Part shown: positions 27,611 through 34,332 of the stretch, piece by piece | Layout of the letters: each line of letters opens with the position of its first letter | Position numbering within the stretch: position 1 is the stretch's first letter | Assembly: GCA_041652635.1 (NCBI GenBank) | Contig: JBAZGW010000001.1 | Location: 1-62,852, forward strand | DNA: 62,852 nt | DNA from: Candidatus Omnitrophota bacterium | GTDB lineage: Bacteria; Omnitrophota; Gorgyraeia; Gygaellales; Profunditerraquicolaceae | Direction: 5' to 3' | Program-made: the position numbers and the translations under genes | Notes under the pieces: generated by a model | Told to the model about the DNA's origin: nothing | Database searches by the model: none | Seen by the model: only the letters and a program-made list of their open reading frames with translations

Positions 27611-28675
27611 TCAGCGCCGCCGGCTTTTGATCCCCGGGCAAGGCATTATCTCGGGATGATAACAATTATTACCGCGGCAGGGCCCGGGATAATCAAACAT
27701 TTCTCTGTACAATCCCTGAACTCTCCGCTGAAAATCCTTAGCGGATATATTCCCGTCCCCCTTAAGGATATCCAGCGCTCTCCGGACGAATTTCACGTAG
27801 TTAAGCCTCTCGTCGGCAGTTTGCTGCCTCCCGATGATCTTTACCGACGAAACCTTGGTGCGGCTGATCTCACGCAAAGCGCACACTCCGCATTCAAGCC
27901 CGTCTTTTAACTGTTTATAAAAAACAGGCCTGACCAGGCGCCCGGCTTTCAGATGCTTTCCCGCCGTATACGCCTGCGTTGAATATTCAAGGCTGCAGGC
28001 ATCGGTAACCGCCCGGTAATTATAAGAACCGACTATCTCAAGCCCGGGATTGGAAATTACAGTTTTCCCCTGCTTGCAGGACTCGGGGAAAACCCCGTAG
28101 ATATGCAGGAAAGTGCAAAAGCCGTCAATAAACACGCAGAAAGTGGAAAGTATAAAGACTTCAAAGTCCATCCCGGGGCGCGCGCGAGCCAGCCCGGACA
28201 TATCGCTTAAGCTTGTCTGACGATCAAGGACCACCCGGGAAGCGCCGAGCGAGCGGTAAAAATCAACGCTTTGCGAATTAAAAACCGTTCCGCCGGTTGA
28301 AATATGCAGCCTTTTGTCCGTCTTCAGCCGGCGCAATGTCAATAATAACCCGATATCGGCGACAATATACGCGTCGAAATCGATCTTTTCAAGCTGAGCG
28401 ATGATCCTGCGCAATAAAGGATACTGAGAGTCAACATATAAACCGTTCAACGCCACATGGACCGGAACATTCCTCGCGTGGGCAATGCTGACAGATTCCC
28501 CGAGTTCTTTAAGATCGGTGAAATTGCTGTAGCCTCCTTTACGCTCAAATTCCAGGGAAGTGAACTCCCTGTCCCATTCACCGGGTAAATAGCCGCAATA
28601 GAGTTCATCCGCCCCGGCGTCGATAAGCGCGGAAACCTCCGCTGTGTTCCGGAAAGGCGCGGCTATTTTGAGCAT
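27611..28675 (-). CDS. peptidase-U32-family protein, UbiU-like large partner (pair a)
   Basis: MLKIAAPFRNTAEVSALIDAGADELYCG...; EVFILSTFCVFIDGFC (U32 signature spacing); CGVCALRE; C-terminal C-x4-C-Y-H. RBS AAGGGGGA. Confidence 0.72.
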   Translation of the reverse strand: MLKIAAPFRNTAEVSALIDAGADELYCGYLPGEWDREFTSLEFERKGGYSNFTDLKELGESVSIAHARNVPVHVALNGLYVDSQYPLLRRIIAQLEKIDFDAYIVADIGLLLTLRRLKTDKRLHISTGGTVFNSQSVDFYRSLGASRVVLDRQTSLSDMSGLARARPGMDFEVFILSTFCVFIDGFCTFLHIYGVFPESCKQGKTVISNPGLEIVGSYNYRAVTDACSLEYSTQAYTAGKHLKAGRLVRPVFYKQLKDGLECGVCALREISRTKVSSVKIIGRQQTADERLNYVKFVRRALDILKGDGNISAKDFQRRVQGLYREMFDYPGPCRGNNCYHPEIMPCPGIKSRRR

Positions 28676-28690
28676 AACTGATATTCCCCC

Positions 28691-30283
28691 TTACCGCTGA
28701 TTCTCGCGCGATTTACAACGGTTTTTCACAACCTTAAGCCCCGCGCGCAATAACATGCATATTTTAGCGGCTTCATTCATAATAGCCAACTGCTCCTTAT
28801 CTTTATAATGAACCGCTTTGTAATACATCCACTGGCAGGAAACATTAAAATCCGGGCGCATCCCAATGAACCGGAAATAATAATCTCCCGCTTTCTTCAT
28901 ATCTCCAAGCGCGTGCAGGCAAAGCCCGGACTGGAACAGCGACAACGCCTTGATCGCCCCGTCTTCTTTTAGAGAGGAAATATTCTCCTGAAAGCAGCGC
29001 GCTGCCGAAGCATACTGCCTCATCCATTTCAAGGCGATCCCTTTATAACAACGGTAAACTTCCGGGTTCTCCCCATCCAGCGCGCTGAACTTATCTATCA
29101 GCTTCAAAGCCGCCGGATAATCACGCATATCCAGCTGTTCCTGGATAACGGCGTGATAAATATTCTTCCAGGCGGCAAACCCTCCCGGGCTCGGCATTAT
29201 CTTCTCCAGCAACTCGGTATTAGTCACCATAACAACAACTGCAGGGATACCCAATTCTTTGTCGGTGGTATTATGAAAGAACACGCGCATCCCCAGGCGG
29301 CTTAATAGTCCTTCCAACCGGGTCAATTCCGTTTTTATGTTACGGCAGGAAAACCCGGGGAGCTGCGCGAAATCGACCTCGGCATGGCCTTTGAAATGAT
29401 GCGCCGCCTCAGCTATAGGCAAGGAATATTCCGCTATCCCCGACTGGGAATTCTCCGTCAAAGCCCTGATCAAGGCTTCGCAGGGGTCGGCGGAGGCCCC
29501 CGCGGTCACGAAACAACGCCCCTTGCCGAGCATACGGACCACTCCGACCACAGGGATCCCCGTTCCAAGAGAAAAATCTTTGATCATCACTTCATGCCCC
29601 AGCCTGCGGAATTTATTGATCAACGCGGCGGCGGGCCGGCTGCCGATGGAAGAAACCCTGACCAAAGGAGTCAGCCTGCGAGCCCTTTGGATCTTCGACA
29701 AACAATGCCTTTCCACGATCTCGCAAATAGCCTGCAGTAAGGCTTCCTCCAAAGAATTACCGGAGGCCATGCCTGTTGTCCCCTGCAAAAGATACCCGGC
29801 AAGCGGAAAAGGGAAATACAACCGGCCGCCTCCAAGCGTATAAGCCTTGAACCAACGCACACGGCAATCCTGAATATCGCGCATCTTTATGCCGCCGCGG
29901 AAACCGAAAGCAAAAGAAGGAAAATCCGATAAACGATAAGGCATTCCCCGCATATCGCGGAATGAAGCCGCGCGCGCGCCTTTCGCCTGCCGGAAATATT
30001 TATAACAGGAATATCTTTCCACCAACTCCATCATTCCGCTGGCCAAAGCCAATATCCTGGTGTGCCCTTTACCGTTAGTCCCCGGGACAGTAACGATCTG
30101 CTTAAACTCGTTACCTCCCTCGATCCTGTATTGCGGGATGCCTCCCGGCCTTTTTACCGGATAGATACTATCCAGGATATCCCTGCCGCGAATACGCTTA
30201 AAAACTATCCTGCAGGTCTCCTCCGGGGTAACCGCTTTCCCCACGCCCTGCGCATAATTCTTATAACAATCCCGCAACTTCAT
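28691..30283 (-). CDS. YcaO-domain protein with C-terminal TPR region (YcaO-1)
   Basis: GTNGKGHTRILALASGMMELVERYS and TTGMASGNSLEEALLQAICEIVERH. C-terminal TPR-like repeats (YRCYKGIALKWMRQYASAARCFQ..., LFQSGLCLHALGDMKKAGDYY...). ATGA overlap with the upstream rSAM gene. Confidence 0.85.
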   Translation of the reverse strand: MKLRDCYKNYAQGVGKAVTPEETCRIVFKRIRGRDILDSIYPVKRPGGIPQYRIEGGNEFKQIVTVPGTNGKGHTRILALASGMMELVERYSCYKYFRQAKGARAASFRDMRGMPYRLSDFPSFAFGFRGGIKMRDIQDCRVRWFKAYTLGGGRLYFPFPLAGYLLQGTTGMASGNSLEEALLQAICEIVERHCLSKIQRARRLTPLVRVSSIGSRPAAALINKFRRLGHEVMIKDFSLGTGIPVVGVVRMLGKGRCFVTAGASADPCEALIRALTENSQSGIAEYSLPIAEAAHHFKGHAEVDFAQLPGFSCRNIKTELTRLEGLLSRLGMRVFFHNTTDKELGIPAVVVMVTNTELLEKIMPSPGGFAAWKNIYHAVIQEQLDMRDYPAALKLIDKFSALDGENPEVYRCYKGIALKWMRQYASAARCFQENISSLKEDGAIKALSLFQSGLCLHALGDMKKAGDYYFRFIGMRPDFNVSCQWMYYKAVHYKDKEQLAIMNEAAKICMLLRAGLKVVKNRCKSRENQR

Positions 30284-31410
30284 CGGTTTTTATCGCCTGT
30301 CCCCGCGCATATCCTGAACCGCCCATGAGCCAGACGGCAAAAGTATTCGATCGGCTCATCCAGGACGCCGGTCTCCAGATGCGAACTCGCGGGACACCAC
30401 ATACACAAATGGACCAATTTGCAACTCCGGCATCTTTTCAAAAAACCACTTCGGCACGAACGCGTATTTCTGACAGCCGGAATGAATTCCCGTAACCCAC
30501 GCGCCAATCCGTGCTTTTTGACATCAAAAAGGCAGTCCGGATGAATAAGCATATTGCACAACTGCAAACGCCCCTGCCAGCCTATGGTAACGGTATTCTC
30601 CCCTCCCAGACAGCGAAAGATCCGCCTGGAACGGTTCGCGGCCATATTTTCACATAAAAAAAGACGGTTTTGGCTTTCAAGCATTCTGCGGCGCGGCTTA
30701 TCGATCCTTTCGATCCTAAATACCTCATCCTCCGTCAAACGCTCCATCCTTATTTCGCTATTGCGCGCTTCATTCCGGTCCGCCCGCAGAAAAAGAAAAG
30801 GGTCAAAACGGAACAAGCGGTTATTCCGTTCCCTGCAAAATCGCGCGATCTCCGAAAACTCCCGGACATTAGAACGCATCACCATAGCCTTAAGATCGGT
30901 AGCTAATTTATTAACCCGTAAAAGATCGATACCGCGCATAAACTTCCCGAACGACCCCGGGACCCTCGACACTCTTTCGTATGTTTCCGCGGTCACGCCG
31001 TAGACCGTTACTTCGATATTCCTAGGCGGATATTCACGAAAAAGCCTTATATATTTATCCGTGATCAAAGTGGCGTTGGTGAACACAGAAACAAGAAAAC
31101 CCGATTTCTTAAGATGCACATATATATCCGGGAAATCCTTCCTTAACAAAGGCTCCCCCCCTGTCAAACTGCACCATAACATATCCTCTGAAACTGCCTG
31201 CCGTGCGATATCCTTTATATCGTTGAAAGACAATTCACGGCGTTCAGCGGCCCTGTCATTCACGGGCAAATTTATATAGCAATGGCGGCAATTATTATTA
31301 CAGCGCGCGGTAAGCTCGAATTCAATCCCGGTGAAACTGCGGCTTCTGCAGATAGAATGGAAAAAAGCTGCTTCACGCACGGGGATCACCGAACTACAGG
31401 TCATACTCAT
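30280..31410 (-). CDS. radical SAM / SPASM-domain peptide maturase (rSAM-2)
   Basis: CNNNCRHCY (CxxxCxxC) at the N-terminus. The C-terminal SPASM-type Cys cluster is CLGGENTVTIGWQGRLQLC ... CRSCKLVHLCMWCP. Confidence 0.85.
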   Translation of the reverse strand: MSMTCSSVIPVREAAFFHSICRSRSFTGIEFELTARCNNNCRHCYINLPVNDRAAERRELSFNDIKDIARQAVSEDMLWCSLTGGEPLLRKDFPDIYVHLKKSGFLVSVFTNATLITDKYIRLFREYPPRNIEVTVYGVTAETYERVSRVPGSFGKFMRGIDLLRVNKLATDLKAMVMRSNVREFSEIARFCRERNNRLFRFDPFLFLRADRNEARNSEIRMERLTEDEVFRIERIDKPRRRMLESQNRLFLCENMAANRSRRIFRCLGGENTVTIGWQGRLQLCNMLIHPDCLFDVKKHGLARGLREFIPAVRNTRSCRSGFLKRCRSCKLVHLCMWCPASSHLETGVLDEPIEYFCRLAHGRFRICAGTGDKNR

Positions 31411-31562
31411 CCGATAATTTTCCTTAAATTAGCCGGCGGCTTTTTCCAAAACAGGAACAATGCCGGAAGCACATTTCGACTACAAAGATAGAAATCCGTT
31501 CCCTGGCGGGCACTTACCGCGTCACCTCTATCAACGCCGTCCCGGCAAGAGAGAACCGGTTC

Positions 31563-31877
31563 CTATCTTTTCCTGCCTGCTTCAACCAGCATCTTCCTCT
31601 CCAATAATGTTTCGACGAACTTCAGCACGTCCTTTTCAACCTTCTTCTCGTCGGCATCAAACTCGGCGGCGGCCTTCTTGATCACTCCCGCCAATGTCCT
31701 TTTACCGTCGATATTCTTCCAGACCGCCAGCCCGGTCGGATTAAGCGAAAATATCGCGAAATCTTCCCCGTCAACCTGCGCGGAGACCGGGATTATAACA
31801 AATTCTCCCTGGACGTCCCTGGCCACGATCTCCTTTGAATACGCGTAAATTTTATCCGCTTCCGCCTTTTTTTTCAT
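31563..31877 (-). CDS. PqqD-family protein (RiPP recognition element)
   Basis: 104 aa. ...EFVIIP....DGEDFAIFSLNPTGLAVWKNIDGKRTLAGVIKKAAAEFD.DEKKVEKDVLKFVETLLERKMLV is the classic PqqD/RRE pattern. AAGGAG RBS; its start overlaps rSAM-1 by 26 nt. Confidence 0.85.
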   Translation of the reverse strand: MKKKAEADKIYAYSKEIVARDVQGEFVIIPVSAQVDGEDFAIFSLNPTGLAVWKNIDGKRTLAGVIKKAAAEFDADEKKVEKDVLKFVETLLERKMLVEAGRKR

Positions 31878-33051
31878 CCATCGCTCCTTTTAGGAATTTT
31901 CTCACCCGTGTTCTCCAATCCTTAACCTCCCAGCTCTTCTCCTTCTCGCGCAACAGGCCCAAAGATACCGCTTGAGCATGCGCCACTCCGCAAAAATATT
32001 CCGCGGGAGAATCCAACACGCCGTTCTCCATCCATGACTTAGCCGGGCACTGACTGCAAGCCGGCTTAAGAAAACACCGCGCGCACCTGGCAAGATACGC
32101 GGGACTGTTTACTGTCATACGGCGCATTGCTGGGAAAAAGCTGTCATAAGCTTCCCGGATAGAGCCGTTGATCAGATCATACTCCGTTTTCGGATGCCGC
32201 AGGCTAAGGCACGGATAAAGCTTACCATACGGGTCCAGGCATAAACCGCCTTTCCCCGCTCCGCAAGAAAACAACCTTCTATCCGGCGCGCGCGCTGGGG
32301 CGTTCAAGGCATACTGCATATCCCTGACAAAATCGGCTTTCTGCGAAGGAATGACCCGCAGCCCCTGCTCAGGAGATAACCTGAGATCATTTATACAGTC
32401 GTTCCTGAAAGGATCCCGTCTGACATGCCGGTCAAGAAAAACGTTGATCACCGGAAACCTGTCGGAAGGAAACATCTTCTTGTGCCACTTTCTGAACCGC
32501 CCAACCTCGTGCATATTAAAAGGCAATACCGAAAAATTGACCAGAAAAGGTATCTTATTCTTTAAAAGTATTTTTATCCCTTTGGTGGCGGCGTCAAACG
32601 AACCGGAGGCACGGCTGACGGCTTCATACGGCCCCCGGCTCATACCATAAAGGGTTATATCAATCTCCTCCAGCAAAGGGATCCGGCGGAAAAGCCTTGC
32701 CAGGCGTTCGGTTATCAAGCACGCGTTCGTGCTGAGGACCACCTTAAAGCCGAGTTCCCTGGCGTAAATATACAATTCCTCGAAATCAGGCCGCAATAAT
32801 GGCTCGCCTCCGGTAAAACGCGCCACAAACCAGCCGAAAGAAGCAAAATCCCGCAAATGGCCTTTTAAAGCCGCAACTGACAATTCCTTCTTATGCGGAT
32901 GGGGGGCCTCAAAAGAACGAATTATATAACAATGGCGGCAATTATTATTGCAGCGTTCACTAAGTTCTATATTTATCAGGCCCAAACGCTTTATTTTACT
33001 GTAAAAAGCGCTCTCCACCGGATATTGATCTATATAAGATTTATTTCTCAT
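31852..33051 (-). CDS. radical SAM / SPASM-domain peptide maturase (rSAM-1)
   Basis: CNNNCRHCY motif. SPASM cluster: FSCGAGKGGLCLDPYGKLYPC ... CARCFLKPACSQCP. Start trimmed to the ATG at 33051, preceded by GGAG at 8 nt. Confidence 0.85.
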   Translation of the reverse strand: MRNKSYIDQYPVESAFYSKIKRLGLINIELSERCNNNCRHCYIIRSFEAPHPHKKELSVAALKGHLRDFASFGWFVARFTGGEPLLRPDFEELYIYARELGFKVVLSTNACLITERLARLFRRIPLLEEIDITLYGMSRGPYEAVSRASGSFDAATKGIKILLKNKIPFLVNFSVLPFNMHEVGRFRKWHKKMFPSDRFPVINVFLDRHVRRDPFRNDCINDLRLSPEQGLRVIPSQKADFVRDMQYALNAPARAPDRRLFSCGAGKGGLCLDPYGKLYPCLSLRHPKTEYDLINGSIREAYDSFFPAMRRMTVNSPAYLARCARCFLKPACSQCPAKSWMENGVLDSPAEYFCGVAHAQAVSLGLLREKEKSWEVKDWRTRVRKFLKGAMDEKKGGSG

Positions 33052-33120
33052 AGATAATTCTCCGCCACGGCCTTTACCTTGGTGAACCGTTCCGGTCATT
33101 TTTCAGAAAACCGCGGACGG

Positions 33121-33162
33121 GCTTTACGAAAAAATACTATCTCGATATTATTTCGTAAAAGC
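33121..33162 (-). promoter_or_regulatory. stem-loop between the precursor gene and the first maturase gene
   Basis: Minus-strand RNA GCUUUUACGAAA-N18-UUUCGUAAAGC: an 11-bp stem with one bulged nucleotide, 16 nt after the precursor stop. It has no clean U-tract, so it is more likely an attenuator or stabiliser than a full terminator. Confidence 0.45.
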
Positions 33163-33177
33163 GGCCCGGGCTAAATA

Positions 33178-33366
33178 TTAAGAAGACCCCGGAGAGCTGC
33201 ACCAGCCTCCCATAGACCCCTGGCAAGCCCCAAACATAAATCCGGACGGGCCATGAGCGCCATGGTTGCTGAAAACCTTGCAACTAGCCAACACCAATTC
33301 TTCAGGCTTTCCTCTCACCAATATCAAAAGCTTCGGTTTCTCCCACTTTTTCTTGCCTTTAGCCAT
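33178..33366 (-). CDS. candidate RiPP precursor peptide (62 aa)
   Basis: MAKGKKKWEKPKLLILVRGKPEELVLASCKVFSNHGAHGPSGFMFGACQGSMGGWCSSPGSS has a charged leader and a Gly/Ser/Cys-rich C-terminal half. GGAGGT lies 7 nt upstream of the second ATG (33366). It sits between the HprK-like gene and rSAM-1. Confidence 0.6.
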   Translation of the reverse strand: MAKGKKKWEKPKLLILVRGKPEELVLASCKVFSNHGAHGPSGFMFGACQGSMGGWCSSPGSS

Positions 33367-33389
33367 ATTCATTACCTCCGGTTAAAAGG

Positions 33390-34304
33390 TTACCGTGAAC
33401 TCTCAAATAACTCCACAACCTTCCCCTTTTTATCAAACTCCAGGACATAAGCCGGAACCGTCCGCGTTATCTGCTCAAGCAAAGGCAACGTATTCTCCCA
33501 CCAGGAAACAGTTTGCAAAGACTTGATCAAACACGCGGATAACCTCTTGAACGTTTCCTTTTTGTTTTCAATGCGAATGATACGGTTAACGCCCGCTTTC
33601 CGCAAGAAAAAAATACCTTTTAAAATAGCATCTCTGCGGCTCACCCGCTGTAATTCCCCGTTATTCCAGGTCCCGTATATCCTGAATTTGCCTCCGAGCC
33701 TGCGCACTACGATACGATCGTCGCACAGGACCTGACCACCGTGCTTACTGAACATACGCGCCAGAGTGGTCTTACCGGCCCCGGAATGCCCGGCAAAAAG
33801 CAAGCCTTCATTAGCGTATATTATTCCGCAGGCGTGAATATAACACGCCCGGCGCGAGGATAAGACCCCGGCAAGCAGGATCTGGTCTGAAGGCAAAAGG
33901 GTCAAAGAATACGCTCCGCCTCTAAGATAAGCGTTTTTATCGGCATGATAAATGTCGAAACGAGAACGACAAATATCGGAAAGGACCAGATTATGTATAC
34001 GCTCCTTTGTCCCCTCCCGCGAAACGCATTTATAAACCAACCTATCCTTAGACCTGTAGACTACCCAAGGAGGGGCATTATAAACCTCTGTCCCTAAAGA
34101 CCCGGGATCCAGGAGCGGTAAGGAAAAATGATGTTTTATTAAAACCATCTCTCCCCGCGCAGGCTTTACGGACTCAAACTCCCTGAATTTCGGATGGAAC
34201 GTCCGCTCGCTGAACGGTAAATCCGATAACAAACAAATATCGATCCCGGCCAATCTGTAATACTTGGCGTTCCCGCTTTTAGCTGCCTTCACAGAAGAAA
34301 CCAT
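33390..34304 (-). CDS. HPr-kinase-related (HprK C-terminal-domain-like) P-loop protein
   Basis: 304 aa. HACGIIYANEGLLFAGHSGAGKTTLARMF ... CDDRIVV matches the HprK-related kinase pattern (H-A-x-x-V...G-x-x-L-x-G-x-S-G-x-GK-[ST]-T-L ... DD) seen in lasso-type and radical-SAM/PqqD-type peptide clusters. Confidence 0.7.
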   Translation of the reverse strand: MVSSVKAAKSGNAKYYRLAGIDICLLSDLPFSERTFHPKFREFESVKPARGEMVLIKHHFSLPLLDPGSLGTEVYNAPPWVVYRSKDRLVYKCVSREGTKERIHNLVLSDICRSRFDIYHADKNAYLRGGAYSLTLLPSDQILLAGVLSSRRACYIHACGIIYANEGLLFAGHSGAGKTTLARMFSKHGGQVLCDDRIVVRRLGGKFRIYGTWNNGELQRVSRRDAILKGIFFLRKAGVNRIIRIENKKETFKRLSACLIKSLQTVSWWENTLPLLEQITRTVPAYVLEFDKKGKVVELFESSR

Positions 34305-34332
34305 TATTCTTATATTCCCCTTTGATAAAGCA

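Noticed and set aside
24862-28675. Reading the U32 proteins as collagenase-type proteases that serve as the leader peptidase.
   Set aside because: The conserved features are multiple invariant cysteines in Fe-S-like spacing and an obligate large/small pairing like UbiU/UbiV. Current knowledge of the family favours Fe-S-dependent hydroxylation over proteolysis. A peptidase role cannot be strictly excluded without experiments.
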